Source: an uncultured Verrucomicrobiaceae bacterium (lineage in GTDB: Bacteria > Pseudomonadota > Gammaproteobacteria > Pseudomonadales > CAMLJR01). Taken from it: a stretch of DNA of 64,000 nt. Shown here in pieces: positions 1 through 9,993 of the stretch. Positions within the stretch are counted from its first letter, which is position 1. Every line of letters starts with the position of its first letter. The notes under the pieces were generated by a model that made no database searches, was not told the origin of the DNA, and saw only the letters and a list, made by a program, of their open reading frames with translations. Made by a program: the position numbers and the translations under genes. Location: assembly GCA_964386045.1 (NCBI GenBank), contig CAYLRA010000011.1, positions 7,311 to 71,310 on the forward strand, read 5' to 3'.

Positions 1-204
1 CCAGCCACAACCGGCATCAAGTACCGTGCCGCGTTTGCGCAGCGGATTTTCCAGCAGGAAATCCATCAGCAGGTCGGCCGATGGCCAGTGCTTGTTGCCG
101 TGGATGGAGGGGATGTTGCCGTCGCGGCGCAGCTTGCGCATGACCGGATGGGCGGAGTGCAGGCGGTGAATACCGAAGCGTTCGCTGGTGGCTTTTGCGG
201 GCAA
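1..204 (-). CDS. SAM-dependent methyltransferase, N-terminal fragment (gene runs off the left edge of the window)
   Basis: Reverse-strand translation reads ...ERFGIHRLHSAHPVMRKLRRDGNIPSIHGNKHWPSADLLMDFLLENPLRKRGTVLDAGCGW, ending in a VLDxGCGxG-type SAM motif I. An in-frame stop lies just upstream. The start is either TTG at 204 or ATG at 141. Not in the ORF track because it is truncated. Confidence 0.4.
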   Translation of the reverse strand, partial: MPAKATSERFGIHRLHSAHPVMRKLRRDGNIPSIHGNKHWPSADLLMDFLLENPLRKRGTVLDAGCGW

Positions 205-342
205 GGGCGTGAACTCGTTGGCGGGGTGGAGGGCGCTGTCATCTTAGAGGGCGGTGCTAGAATTGCAAAATTTCGCGTCGAGACGACCGATTTTATTTGC
301 GCAGCATTACAAATTTAAGAAGCCTCTGAAAAACGCATATCG

Positions 343-366
343 CCCCTCTCCCTGAAGGGAGAGGGG
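343..366. repeat. REP-like polypyrimidine/polypurine hairpin (CCCCTCTCCC-tgaa-GGGAGAGGGG)
   Basis: Perfect 10-bp stem with a 4-nt loop, read directly in the intergenic DNA upstream of rfbD. Compositionally similar to the hairpins at 2365-2499. Confidence 0.6.
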
Positions 367-397
367 ACTTGATCAGAGGTTCCTTGATTCTGGAGGA

Positions 398-1282
398 GTG
401 ATATTGAGGATTCTTGTTACCGGCGCCGCCGGTCAGCTGGGCCAGACACTGGTGGCAACGGCGCCGGCCGACGCGCAGGTCATAGCGCTCGATTCGCGTC
501 AGTTCGATCTCACCGCCGCTGACATCGCGGCGCAACTGGATGCGCTCGATGTCGATCTGGTGGTGAACGCCGCCGCCTACACGGCGGTCGACAAGGCCGA
601 GGGCGACGACGGACGGCTGCGCGCCGAGCAGGTCAATGCGATTGGCGCCGGTGCTCTGGCGCAGGCCTGCGCGGCGAAAGGCGCGCGCCTGCTGCATGTC
701 TCCACCGATTTTGTCTTCGATGGCACGCGCTCGACACCTTATCCGAGCGATGCGCCCTGCGCGCCGCTCGGCCAGTACGGGTTGACGAAAAGGCGTGGCG
801 AGCAGCACGTGCTGGCGGCGCTGCCGGGGGCGGTGGTACTGCGTACTGCCTGGGTCTATTCGCGCTACGGCAACAATTTCCTGAAGACCATGCTGCGCCT
901 GATGGCGGAGCGCGATGCGATCGGTGTCGTCGCCGACCAGGTCGGCACGCCCACCTCGACGATGACACTGGCGCAGACCCTCTGGCAGTTCGCGCAGCGT
1001 CCCTCCTTGCATGGCATCTATCACTGCACCGACGCCGGTGTCGCCAGCTGGTACGACTTCGCGCTGGCGATCCAGGAGGAGGCGCTGGCGCGCGGGTTGT
1101 TGTCGCGCCAGATTCCGGTGCGACCGATTGCCACGGCCGACTATCCGACGCCGGCGCGGCGCCCCGCCTACAGCGTGCTCGACAAAACCGCGACCTGGCG
1201 CGATCTGGAGCTTGAACCCCAACACTGGCGCACGGCACTGCGCCAGGTGCTCGACGACTTCAAGGAAATTTCGCATGGCTAA
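398..1282 (+). CDS. rfbD: dTDP-4-dehydrorhamnose reductase
   Basis: N-terminal Rossmann motif ILVTGAAGQLG, about 290 aa, directly followed by rfbB with an 8-nt overlap. The start may be TTG at 404, which has a GGAGGAG RBS at 392-398. Confidence 0.85.
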   Translation: MILRILVTGAAGQLGQTLVATAPADAQVIALDSRQFDLTAADIAAQLDALDVDLVVNAAAYTAVDKAEGDDGRLRAEQVNAIGAGALAQACAAKGARLLHVSTDFVFDGTRSTPYPSDAPCAPLGQYGLTKRRGEQHVLAALPGAVVLRTAWVYSRYGNNFLKTMLRLMAERDAIGVVADQVGTPTSTMTLAQTLWQFAQRPSLHGIYHCTDAGVASWYDFALAIQEEALARGLLSRQIPVRPIATADYPTPARRPAYSVLDKTATWRDLELEPQHWRTALRQVLDDFKEISHG

Positions 1283-2360
1283 TCTGCTCGTCACCGGTGG
1301 TGCCGGTTTCATCGGCGCCAATTTCGTGCACCACTGGAACGCCAGGCACCCCGATGATCGCGTGGTGGTGCTCGATGCACTGACCTATGCCGGCAACCGC
1401 CACAATCTCGATGCCGTTCTTGGTGGCGATGATCGGTCCGGACGGTGCCAGCTCGTCGTGGGCGACATCAATGACACGTCACTGGTCGAGACGCTGCTGC
1501 GCGAGCACGCTATCGACACGCTGGTCCACTTCGCGGCGGAGAGCCATGTCGATCGCTCGATCACCGGTCCGGATGCGTTTGTCAGCACCAACGTGATTGG
1601 CACGCATAGCCTGCTGAAAGCGGCGCGCACGGTGTGGCTGGCCGGTAGCGGCACGCCGCACCGTTTCCACCACATCTCGACCGACGAGGTGTTCGGTTCG
1701 CTGACACCGGAGGCGCCGGCGTTCACGGAGAGCCATCAGTACCAGCCCAACAGCCCCTATTCCGCGAGCAAGGCGGCCTCCGACCATCTGGTGCGCGCCT
1801 ATCACCACACCTACGGCCTGCAGGTGACCACCAGCAACTGCTCCAACAACTATGGGCCGTACCATTTCCCGGAAAAACTGATCCCGCTCTGCATCACCAA
1901 CCTGCTGCTCGGCAAGCCGCTGCCGGTCTACGGCAACGGCAGCAATGTGCGCGACTGGCTCTACGTCGAGGATCATGCGCGCGGCATCGAATGCGTGCTG
2001 CGGCGCGGTGTGGTTGGCGAGACCTACAACATCGGCGGCAACAACGAGTGGAACAACCTCGATGTGGTCGGTGAGTTGTGCCGCGTCGTGGATGAGATGT
2101 TTGCCGCGGATGCGTCGCTGGCGCAGCGCTTCCCGGCGGCGCTCGCCAGTCAGGGGAGGGAGAGTCGCGAGGCGATCACTTTCGTCACCGATCGCCCCGG
2201 CCACGATCTGCGCTACGCGATCGACGCAACCCGATCGCGCGATGAACTGGGCTACGCGCCACAGGAGAGCTTCGCCACCGGGCTGCGCAAGACGGTGCGC
2301 TGGTATCTCGACAACGACGGCTGGTGGCGCGCGGTGCTGGATGGCAGTTACCGCGCCTGA
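1275..2360 (+). CDS. rfbB: dTDP-glucose 4,6-dehydratase
   Basis: MANLLVTGGAGFIGANFV..., YSASKAASDHLVRAY (YxxxK catalytic motif), 361 aa. The ORF-track entry 1011..2360 is an upstream extension of the same frame. Confidence 0.93.
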   Translation: MANLLVTGGAGFIGANFVHHWNARHPDDRVVVLDALTYAGNRHNLDAVLGGDDRSGRCQLVVGDINDTSLVETLLREHAIDTLVHFAAESHVDRSITGPDAFVSTNVIGTHSLLKAARTVWLAGSGTPHRFHHISTDEVFGSLTPEAPAFTESHQYQPNSPYSASKAASDHLVRAYHHTYGLQVTTSNCSNNYGPYHFPEKLIPLCITNLLLGKPLPVYGNGSNVRDWLYVEDHARGIECVLRRGVVGETYNIGGNNEWNNLDVVGELCRVVDEMFAADASLAQRFPAALASQGRESREAITFVTDRPGHDLRYAIDATRSRDELGYAPQESFATGLRKTVRWYLDNDGWWRAVLDGSYRA

Positions 2361-2364
2361 TGCG

Positions 2365-2499
2365 CCCAGGTCCTCCCCTGCGAAGTAGGGGAGGTGCCGA
2401 GCGTAGCGAGGCGGAGGGGTCCGGGGTTGAACGTGCTGAAGAGCTTGACCCCTCCGCCCCTGCGGGGCACCTCCCCTATTGCACAGGGGAGGACCTGGG
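2365..2499. repeat. Composite imperfect inverted repeat (REP/BIME-like) between the convergent rfbB and rfbC genes; probable bidirectional terminator
   Basis: The left arm (2365-2421) and right arm (2447-2499) share three perfectly complementary blocks: cccaggtcctcccctg, ggggaggtgcc and ggcggaggggtc. Each arm also folds on itself (CCTCCCCT...AGGGGAGG). Confidence 0.7.
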
Positions 2500-2500
2500 C

Positions 2501-3046
2501 CTAGAACTTCGGCGCCGCCTCGAACGACAACCCCACCGCATCCTTGGCCGACAGTTGTGGCGCGACGCCGTCGACCAGCGGCCAGTCGATCGCCAGCGCC
2601 GGGTCGTCCCAGCGCAGCGATATTTCCGAGGCCGGGTGGTAGAAGTCGGTGCACTTGTAGATGAAGTCGGCATCGATGCTGGTGACGTAGAAGCCGTGCG
2701 CAAAACCGGGCGGCACCCACAGCATCCGCTTGTTCTGCTCGCTCAGTTCGATGCCGAACCACTGGCCGAAGCTCGGCGAACTGCGGCGCAGGTCGACGGC
2801 GACGTCGAAGACGCTGCCACGAATCACGCGCACCAGTTTCCCCTGGGTCTGCTCCATCTGGTAGTGCAGCCCGCGCAGGATTCCCTGGCGCGAGCGGCTG
2901 TGGTTGTCCTGCACGAAGTCGATGTCGATGCCGGCCTCGGCGAAGGCGCGCCGGTTCCAGCTCTCGAAGAAGAAGCCGCGCTCGTCGCCAAACACGCGCG
3001 GTTCGATCAGCAGCAGGTCCTGCAATGGCGTCGTTTCAATCTTCAT
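2501..3046 (-). CDS. rfbC: dTDP-4-dehydrorhamnose 3,5-epimerase
   Basis: [31 protein letters not shown]... is a typical RmlC N-terminus. 181 aa. Confidence 0.93.
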   Translation of the reverse strand: MKIETTPLQDLLLIEPRVFGDERGFFFESWNRRAFAEAGIDIDFVQDNHSRSRQGILRGLHYQMEQTQGKLVRVIRGSVFDVAVDLRRSSPSFGQWFGIELSEQNKRMLWVPPGFAHGFYVTSIDADFIYKCTDFYHPASEISLRWDDPALAIDWPLVDGVAPQLSAKDAVGLSFEAAPKF

Positions 3047-3941
3047 CGAGCGATGACCGTGGCTGTTCGTGGATGATCTTGCTCAGGTACTGGCCATAGC
3101 CGCTCTTCTTCAGCGGTTCGGCGAGACGCAGCACCTGCCCGGCGTCGATGAAGCCCATGCGGAAGGCGATCTCCTCCGGGCAGGCAATCTTCAATCCCTG
3201 GCGCTCCTCGACGACACGAATGAAGTTGGCGGCATCGAGCAGCGAGTTGTGGGTGCCGGTGTCGAGCCAGGCGGTACCGCGATTCAGCACCTGCACGTTG
3301 AGTTCGCCGCGCGCCAGGTAGACGCGATTGCAGTCGGTGATCTCCAGCTCGCCGCGCGGCGATGGCCTGATCCCTTTGGCGATCTCGATGATCTGGTTGT
3401 CGTAGAAGTAGAGGCCGGTGACGGCGTAAGAGGAGCGCGGATTGGCCGGTTTCTCCTCGATGTCAATCGCCTTGCCCTGCTTGTCGAAGGCGACGACACC
3501 GTAGCGCTCCGGGTCCTGCACGTAGTAGGCGAAGACAGTGGCGCCCTGCTGTTTGCGCGCAGCGGCCTGCAGTTTTTTGGAGAGGCCGCCGCCGTAGAAG
3601 ATGTTGTCGCCGAGCACCAGCGCGACCGGATGGTCGCCGATGAACGTCTTGCCGATCAGGAAGGCCTGCGCCAGCCCTTCGGGTTCCGGCTGCACGGCGT
3701 AGCTGATCTCGATGCCCCACTGGTGGCCGTCGCCAAGCAGCAGTTCGAAGGCGGCGCGGTCGCGCGGCGTGGTGATCACCAGTACTTCGCGAATGCCGGC
3801 CAGCATCAGTGTCGACAGCGGGTAGTAGATCATTGGCTTGTCGTAGACCGGCATCAGCTGCTTGCTGACCGCCGCGGTCAGCGGGTGCAGGCGCGTGCCC
3901 GACCCGCCGGCAAGGATGATTCCCTTGTAGGCTTTCTCCAT
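3036..3941 (-). CDS. rfbA: glucose-1-phosphate thymidylyltransferase
   Basis: [17 protein letters not shown] nucleotidyltransferase motif, 301 aa, overlaps rfbC by 11 nt. Confidence 0.93.
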   Translation of the reverse strand: MEKAYKGIILAGGSGTRLHPLTAAVSKQLMPVYDKPMIYYPLSTLMLAGIREVLVITTPRDRAAFELLLGDGHQWGIEISYAVQPEPEGLAQAFLIGKTFIGDHPVALVLGDNIFYGGGLSKKLQAAARKQQGATVFAYYVQDPERYGVVAFDKQGKAIDIEEKPANPRSSYAVTGLYFYDNQIIEIAKGIRPSPRGELEITDCNRVYLARGELNVQVLNRGTAWLDTGTHNSLLDAANFIRVVEERQGLKIACPEEIAFRMGFIDAGQVLRLAEPLKKSGYGQYLSKIIHEQPRSSLDED

Positions 3942-4151
3942 GGTGGAAACTCTCCTTGCCCTCTTTCAAAGGGGCGCGATTCAAGCACAGCGGGGTGGGT
4001 GCTGCAATTCCAGGCTTCGGCTCGACAGTATCCGTGTGACGCCGGTATAACACGCGCTTTCCGGTCGCCGCTGTCGAGCGAGTGCGTTCCGGGCCAGCTC
4101 AAGCCACCAGTCTCGCAGGTTGGCTGAAAAATGAATGAAGGGGGGAGGCAG

Positions 4152-4856
4152 ATGAGTGAGTCGGCGGCCATTCGGCGCGACGCGGTGAAGCTGGAACCGG
4201 GCTGGCTGCGGGTCGTCGGTGATCAGTTCGAGCAGCCCTACATGGTCGAGCTGAAGGCATTCCTGCAGGCCGAGCGACGCGCCGGCAAGGAGATCTACCC
4301 GCCGGCTGCGCGCTGGTTCAACGCGCTGGACTCGACGCCGTTCGAGGCGGTCAAGGTGGTGATCCTCGGGCAGGACCCCTACCACGGCCCCGGGCAGGCG
4401 CACGGACTCTGTTTCTCGGTGCAGCCGGGTGTGCCGAAGCCGCCGTCGCTGGTCAATATCTTCAACGAGCTGCAGAGCGATCTCGGCATTCCGCCGAGTG
4501 CGCACGGCTGCCTGCAGCACTGGGCCGAGCAGGGTGTGTTGCTGCTCAACAGCGTGCTGACGGTGGAACGGGGGCTGGCGGCCTCCCATCAGGGGCGCGG
4601 CTGGGAGCATTTCACCGATGCCTGCATCGACCATCTCAATCGCGATCGCGACGGACTGGTCTTCCTGCTGTGGGGCAGTTATGCGCAGAAGAAGGGGGCG
4701 TTGATCGATCGCAAGCGTCACTGCGTATTGCAGGCGCCGCACCCGTCGCCGCTGTCGGCGCACCGGGGCTTCCTCGGCTGTCGACACTTCTCGAAAACAA
4801 ACGCGTATCTGGAAGGGCGCGGGCAGACGCCTGTCGACTGGGCGCTGCCGCAGTGA
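4152..4856 (+). CDS. ung: uracil-DNA glycosylase
   Basis: [22 protein letters not shown] catalytic motif and HPSPLSA motif. GGAGG lies 5 nt before the ATG at 4152. The ATG at 4131 is an alternative start. Confidence 0.92.
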   Translation: MSESAAIRRDAVKLEPGWLRVVGDQFEQPYMVELKAFLQAERRAGKEIYPPAARWFNALDSTPFEAVKVVILGQDPYHGPGQAHGLCFSVQPGVPKPPSLVNIFNELQSDLGIPPSAHGCLQHWAEQGVLLLNSVLTVERGLAASHQGRGWEHFTDACIDHLNRDRDGLVFLLWGSYAQKKGALIDRKRHCVLQAPHPSPLSAHRGFLGCRHFSKTNAYLEGRGQTPVDWALPQ

Positions 4857-4865
4857 TCGACCCCG

Positions 4866-5702
4866 CTATTGCAGCAGGGCCATGGCCGCTTCCATCTCGG
4901 CGCTCAGATCTTCCTCTTCGGCGGTGTCGACTTCCGGCGACAGACCGATGCGGGCGAAGGCGCTGATCGGCTTCCAGTCCATCCGGGTCAACGGGTGGTC
5001 GCTGCCGATGTAGCTCTGCAGGTTGGCGACCATGATCAGGTCGGCGTAATCGGCCTTGGCCACCACACGACCGAAGTTCCGATGCTCCTCCGGTACGATC
5101 ACCAGTTCCGGCGGGAAATCCCAGGTCTCCAGAATGCGGCGGCCGATGGTCGGGTGCAGTTCGTCGATCAGTTCATCGAGGGCGGTGGTGTCGCGCAACA
5201 GGGCGCGATGATCCTCGGCGTAGGTGAGGATCGGCAGCACGCCGATGCGGTGGACGATGCCGGCCAGCGTCGCCTGGTCCGGCTTGAGTTTGGTGTAGTG
5301 GCGCGCCAGCACATGGGCGATGCCGGCCACCTCGGTGCTGCGTTGCCAGGTTTCGCGCATGCGCTGGTCGATGGCGTCCGAGGTGGCCTGGAACATCTGC
5401 TGCATCGCCAGGCTGGTGGCGAGGTTCGAGGTGTAGTTGATGCCGAGCCGCGACACCGCACTTTTCAGATCCTCGATGACACGGCTGGCGCGCAGCAGCG
5501 GGCTGTTGGCCACCTTGATGATGCGCGCCGACATGGCGGTGTCGTTCTCGAGCGCCTTCGACAGCTTTACCACGTCGGCGTCCGGGTCGGAGGCAATCTC
5601 GCGCACGCGCAGCGCCACTTCCGGCAGCGTCGGCAACACCAGCTGGTCGTTGTCGATGGCTTTCAGCAGTGCCTGGCGGACCTGCTCGATCTGGTCACTC
5701 AT
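4866..5702 (-). CDS. HDOD domain-containing signalling protein
   Basis: LPTLPEVALRVREIASDPDADVVKLSKALENDTAMSARIIKVANSPLLR is the characteristic HDOD N-terminal region. 278 aa. Confidence 0.75.
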   Translation of the reverse strand: MSDQIEQVRQALLKAIDNDQLVLPTLPEVALRVREIASDPDADVVKLSKALENDTAMSARIIKVANSPLLRASRVIEDLKSAVSRLGINYTSNLATSLAMQQMFQATSDAIDQRMRETWQRSTEVAGIAHVLARHYTKLKPDQATLAGIVHRIGVLPILTYAEDHRALLRDTTALDELIDELHPTIGRRILETWDFPPELVIVPEEHRNFGRVVAKADYADLIMVANLQSYIGSDHPLTRMDWKPISAFARIGLSPEVDTAEEEDLSAEMEAAMALLQ

Positions 5703-5819
5703 GCGGGGTACCTGTAACGCGGGAACAAATTCATTAGAAGTGGGGCAGCGCCTTCCGCCTCGGTGACGAACGTGTCATCTCGGTAACCGGCGCGTGGCGA
5801 CGGCGCGGTAGTTATAGCA

Positions 5820-6794
5820 CTAGCTCGCCGGCAGCGCCTGCAGCAGCTGGCCGTTTCCGGTGCGCAGGTGGTCGGTGTCGCCGACCACGGCCAGCAGCTC
5901 GCAGAAACCGTCGGTCAGGGCGACGGCGTCGACCACCTGGCCGGCGCCGCGGCCATTGGCATCCTGCAGCTCGCTGCCGGCTGCCGGCGCCGGGGCGTCG
6001 CAGCGGGCGCAAATCAGATGGCGCTTGACCTGACCCCGATAGTGGGCGCGGGCGACGATCTCCTGGCCGGTGTAGCACCCCTTGCTGAAGCTGACCGCCC
6101 CCAGTTCGGGATAGTTGACCATCTGCGGGATGAACAGCTCGCTGGTTGCGGCGCACAGTTCGGCGACGCCGGCGCGGATCTGCAGCCAGCGCCAGCAGTC
6201 GCCGCTGGCGGCGACCAGTCTCGCCGCCAGCGCGGCCTGCCACAGACCGGTGGCCGCCTCGACCGGCAGCCAGCACTCGAAGCGCGCTCCTGCCTCATCC
6301 AGCTGAATCAGTTGGGCCTCGCCGACAATACGAGCTGCCTGCCGGCTGTCGGGACAGGTGCCGAAATGCGTTCGCAGCAGGGCAGCGGCGCCAGCGCCGG
6401 CCAGACCAAAGGCGACATGGCCGTCGAGCGCCGACAGCTTCGCCTTGCGGTAGAGCGGCAGGTATTTGCCGAACTGGCGACCGGTCAGCTCGGCGAGGTC
6501 GGCGCGCAGTCGCAGCCAGAAGCCGTCATCGCCGCGTCGGGCCAGTTCGAATGTCGTCACCATGCGTCCCTTGGGGGTGCAGTGGGCGGCGAGGCTGGCG
6601 CGCTCCAGCGTGAGAGATTCGACGTCGCAGGTCAGCTGCCCCTGCAGGAAACGGGCGCTGTCGCCACCCTCCAGCTGTAACAGTGAGCAGTGGTCGAGCG
6701 GGGCGATCAGCGACTGCTGCAACCGCTCGGGCGCCGGCTCGGCGAGGGCGGTACGGTCGACGACCTGGAAAAAAGCTGACCACGGGGTTGGCAT
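5820..6794 (-). CDS. ygfZ: tRNA-modifying folate-binding protein YgfZ
   Basis: LSLLQLEGGDSARFLQGQLTCDV..., C-terminal KGCYTGQEIVARAHYRG motif, 324 aa from the ATG at 6794. The track ORF 5820..7442 is an upstream extension. Divergent from sdhE as in enterobacteria. Confidence 0.88.
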   Translation of the reverse strand: MPTPWSAFFQVVDRTALAEPAPERLQQSLIAPLDHCSLLQLEGGDSARFLQGQLTCDVESLTLERASLAAHCTPKGRMVTTFELARRGDDGFWLRLRADLAELTGRQFGKYLPLYRKAKLSALDGHVAFGLAGAGAAALLRTHFGTCPDSRQAARIVGEAQLIQLDEAGARFECWLPVEAATGLWQAALAARLVAASGDCWRWLQIRAGVAELCAATSELFIPQMVNYPELGAVSFSKGCYTGQEIVARAHYRGQVKRHLICARCDAPAPAAGSELQDANGRGAGQVVDAVALTDGFCELLAVVGDTDHLRTGNGQLLQALPAS

Positions 6795-6896
6795 TGCGGT
6801 GTACTCGCTGGGGTAATTGGCGGATCGGGGCCGGTATAATGCCGGCTCTTTTTTCCCCGACCAAGCGCCGGTATCGGCGTGCGAGCGAGCGACCGA

Positions 6897-7157
6897 ATGT
6901 TCAGCGAAGACGAGTACAAGCGGATCTACTGGGCGAGCCGTCGCGGCATGCTGGAGCTCGACCTGGTGCTGATGCCGTTTGTCGAGCGTCGGCTGCGTCA
7001 GCTCGACGATGCCGACCAGCAGCGTTACCAGACGCTGCTGGAATGCGAGGACACGGAGCTGTTCGCCTGGTTCCTGCAACGCCAGATTCCGCAGGATGCG
7101 GAGCACGCCGCCATTGTCGAAAAGATCCTCGAATTCACCCACACCGCTGGCGCTTGA
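6897..7157 (+). CDS. sdhE: FAD assembly factor SdhE (YgfY/CptB family)
   Basis: RIYWASRRGMLELDLVLMPF contains the conserved RGxxE motif. About 86 aa. A GTG at 6879 is an alternative start. Confidence 0.88.
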   Translation: MFSEDEYKRIYWASRRGMLELDLVLMPFVERRLRQLDDADQQRYQTLLECEDTELFAWFLQRQIPQDAEHAAIVEKILEFTHTAGA

Positions 7158-7584
7158 GCTGCGCCCGTCGCGCTGGCTGGCCGCCGCGCAGATCGGCGCG
7201 GCGCTGCTGGCGCTGGCGGCATTGCTGCGCGGTGGCCTGCCGCTGTCGCTGAAACTGTTCGCCGTCGTTCTGCTGCCATTGGTAGTGCTGATGTCGCTGC
7301 GGTTGCAGGGGCTGCTCGGTGGTCGCGCCCCCTGTCGTGCGCTGCGCCGGGAGTCCGGACGCTGGTTGTGGATTGGCGCGGATGGCCGCAGCGTGGCGGT
7401 GCGCCTGCTTCGCGCCGTGGTCTGGCGCCACCTGGTTGTCATGCATTTCGAGGCGCCGGGCGGACGTCGCTCACTCTGCCTGCTGCCGGACAGCCTCGAC
7501 GCCGACGCGATGCGCCGCCTGCGCCTCAGCCTGCGCCACTTGCCGGTCTACGAAGGTTCCGATCCCGAGCTGCCGCCCCGGTAG
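7114..7584 (+). CDS. ygfX: YgfX/CptA-like inner-membrane protein (start codon uncertain)
   Basis: [23 protein letters not shown]...[13 protein letters not shown] gives two TM helices, then [11 protein letters not shown]...[15 protein letters not shown], which resembles E. coli YgfX. It immediately follows sdhE. There is no ATG or GTG ahead of TM1. The only in-frame candidate start is TTG at 7114. Confidence 0.5.
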   Translation: MSKRSSNSPTPLALELRPSRWLAAAQIGAALLALAALLRGGLPLSLKLFAVVLLPLVVLMSLRLQGLLGGRAPCRALRRESGRWLWIGADGRSVAVRLLRAVVWRHLVVMHFEAPGGRRSLCLLPDSLDADAMRRLRLSLRHLPVYEGSDPELPPR

Positions 7585-9161
7585 CCGACGGGTGTCAGGA
7601 TCGTATCGATCGCCTGCGGCAGCTGCTCGGGATAGTCGAGCGTGAAGTGCAGGCCGCGGCTCTCCTTGCGCGCCAGCGCCGAGCGGATGATCAGCTCGGC
7701 CACCATGGTCAGGTTGCGCAGTTCGAGAATATCGTTGGTCACCTTGTAGTTGCTGTAGTACTCGGCGATCTCCTGCTTCAGCAATTCGACGCGGCGCAGC
7801 GCCCGCTGCAGTCGCTTGTCGGTGCGCACGATGCCGACGTAGTCCCACATGAAGCGGCGCAGCTCGTCCCAGTTGTGCGCGATCACCACATCCTCATCGG
7901 AATCGGTCACCTGCGATTCGTCCCACGGCGGCGTCGGTTGCGGCGGGGGCGCACTCGGCAGGCCGCGACGGATCGAGTCGGCGGCGGCGCGGCCGTAGAC
8001 CAGGCACTCCAGCAGCGAATTGCTGGCCATGCGGTTGGCACCGTGCAGGCCGGTGAAACTGCTTTCGCCGATGACGTGCAGATGGGGCAGGTCGGTGCGT
8101 CCCTCGAAGTCGACGATGACACCGCCGCAGGTGTAGTGCGCCGCCGGCACCACCGGGATCGGGTCGCGGGTGATGTCGATGCCGAGTTCGAGGCAGCGCG
8201 CCTTCACCGTCGGGAAGTGGTTGAGGATGAAGTCGGGCGACTTGTGGCTGATGTCGAGGTAGACGCAGTCGATCCCCAGCCGCTTCATCTCGTGGTCGAT
8301 GGCGCGTGCCACGATGTCGCGCGGCGCCAGTTCGCCGCGCGGGTCGTAGCGGGTCATGAATCGTTCGCCGCTGGGCAGCAGCAGTCGACCGCCTTCGCCG
8401 CGGATCGCCTCGGTGATCAGAAACGACTTCGCCTTCGGGTGGTAGAGGCAGGTCGGGTGAAACTGGTTGAACTCCATGTTGGCGACGCGACAGCCGGCGC
8501 GCCACGCCATCGAGATGCCGTCGCCGGTGGCGCCGTCGGGGTTCGAGGTGTAGAGGTAGACCTTGCTGGCGCCGCCGGTGGCGAGCACGGTGTACCTGGC
8601 CAGGAAGCGATCGATGGTGCCGCTCTGGCAGTCGAGCACGTAGGCGCCGTGGCAGCGGCCGTCGCGCACGATCAGGTCGATGGCGACGCGGCGTGAATAA
8701 ATATGTAGGTTGTCCGCTTCCAGCGCGCGCTCGGTCAGCGTTTCGGAGACGGCGCGGCCGGTGGCATCGGCGGAGTGGATGATGCGGCGGTGGCTGTGGC
8801 CGCCCTCGCGGGTCAGGTGGAAGCCGGTGCCGCCGCCGCGGTCGAAGGCGACGCCGAGCTCGACCAGCCACTCGACACTTTCGCGCGCGTGCTCGACAGT
8901 GAAGCGCACGGCATCTTCGTGGCAGAGACCGCCACCGGCGACCAGTGTGTCGGCGACGTGCGCCTCGACCGTGTCCCCTTCATCGAGCACGGCGGCGATG
9001 CCGCCCTGCGCCCACCAGGTCGAGCCGGTGTTGAGCTCGCCCTTGCAGATGACGGCGACGCTCGCATCCGGCGCCAGCCGCAGGGCGGTGGTGAGGCCGG
9101 CAGCGCCGCTGCCGATGATCAGTACGTCGTGTTCGATGGTCTGGGCGGGGGCGGGGTTCAT
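7548..9161 (-). CDS. nadB: L-aspartate oxidase
   Basis: [19 protein letters not shown] fold, 537 aa from the ATG at 9161 (alternative ATG at 9227). Divergent from rpoE as in many gammaproteobacteria. Confidence 0.92.
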   Translation of the reverse strand: MNPAPAQTIEHDVLIIGSGAAGLTTALRLAPDASVAVICKGELNTGSTWWAQGGIAAVLDEGDTVEAHVADTLVAGGGLCHEDAVRFTVEHARESVEWLVELGVAFDRGGGTGFHLTREGGHSHRRIIHSADATGRAVSETLTERALEADNLHIYSRRVAIDLIVRDGRCHGAYVLDCQSGTIDRFLARYTVLATGGASKVYLYTSNPDGATGDGISMAWRAGCRVANMEFNQFHPTCLYHPKAKSFLITEAIRGEGGRLLLPSGERFMTRYDPRGELAPRDIVARAIDHEMKRLGIDCVYLDISHKSPDFILNHFPTVKARCLELGIDITRDPIPVVPAAHYTCGGVIVDFEGRTDLPHLHVIGESSFTGLHGANRMASNSLLECLVYGRAAADSIRRGLPSAPPPQPTPPWDESQVTDSDEDVVIAHNWDELRRFMWDYVGIVRTDKRLQRALRRVELLKQEIAEYYSNYKVTNDILELRNLTMVAELIIRSALARKESRGLHFTLDYPEQLPQAIDTILTPVGYRGGSSGSEPS

Positions 9162-9399
9162 CAGCTTCGCAGTTGCTCCGCGTCGAGGGCGAATATAACC
9201 TTCCGGCACGCTGGTAAGCGTCGACATGAGGCAGTTGCGTCGCCCGCGGTCGGTGGTCGAAAGGTGGAACTTAATTCGGGCGCGGCAATCATACCCGGCT
9301 TCAATTAGCGTGCACACGGGGGCGCTGGCCCGTCGAACTTCAGAGGCAGTTGATGGTCTATTGCGCAGTTTTATCGGGCGGAACGCCGCGGAGGCAGTG

Positions 9400-9993
9400 G
9401 TGAGCGACGCTGCCGAGGCCGACCGGCAGCTGGTTGCACGCGTACAGAAAGGCGACAAACGGGCTTTCGATCTGCTTGTGCTGAAGTACCAGCACCGCAT
9501 CCTGAGCCTGATCTCGCGTTATGTCCGCGATGCCGATGAGGTGCAGGACGTGGCGCAGGAGGCCTTCGTCAAGGCGTATCGTGCACTGCCCAATTTTCGC
9601 GGCGACAGTCAGTTCTACACCTGGCTCTACCGGATCGCGATCAACACGGCGAAGAATCACCTGGTGTCGCTGCAGCGGCGTCCGCCCGGTGTCGATATCG
9701 ATGTCGCGGACGCCGAGCATTTCGAAGGCGATTCGCGCCTGAAAGAGATCGAGAACCCGGAGAACCGATTGTTCGGCGAAGAGCTCGCAAGGGTCGTGCA
9801 GGAGGCGCTCACGGCGCTGCCCCGCGATCTGCGCACTGCAGTAACTTTGCGCGAGTTCGAGGGTCTGAGTTACGAGGATATCGCCAAGGCGATGGATTGC
9901 CCGGTGGGAACCGTGCGCAGCCGGATCTTCCGGGCGCGCGAATCGATCGACAAGTACATCAACGCGCAGATGAACGGTGAGGTGGTCGCATGA
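9400..9993 (+). CDS. rpoE: ECF sigma factor sigma-E (RpoE/AlgU)
   Basis: [24 protein letters not shown]...[15 protein letters not shown]...[15 protein letters not shown] is near-collinear with E. coli RpoE. GTG at 9400 lies 6 nt after GGAGG. Confidence 0.93.
   Translation: MSDAAEADRQLVARVQKGDKRAFDLLVLKYQHRILSLISRYVRDADEVQDVAQEAFVKAYRALPNFRGDSQFYTWLYRIAINTAKNHLVSLQRRPPGVDIDVADAEHFEGDSRLKEIENPENRLFGEELARVVQEALTALPRDLRTAVTLREFEGLSYEDIAKAMDCPVGTVRSRIFRARESIDKYINAQMNGEVVA

Noticed and set aside
5820-7442. 540-aa ORF, and similar N-terminally extended track ORFs (1011-2360, 7548-9500, 15990-17129, 17947-20973, 21653-24169, 44910-46388, 45785-46915, 52567-54171, 58470-59945).
   Set aside because: The homologous part starts at an internal ATG or GTG that matches known family N-termini. 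The upstream parts overlap neighbouring genes or promoters and lack family similarity. Trimmed coordinates are given in the features.
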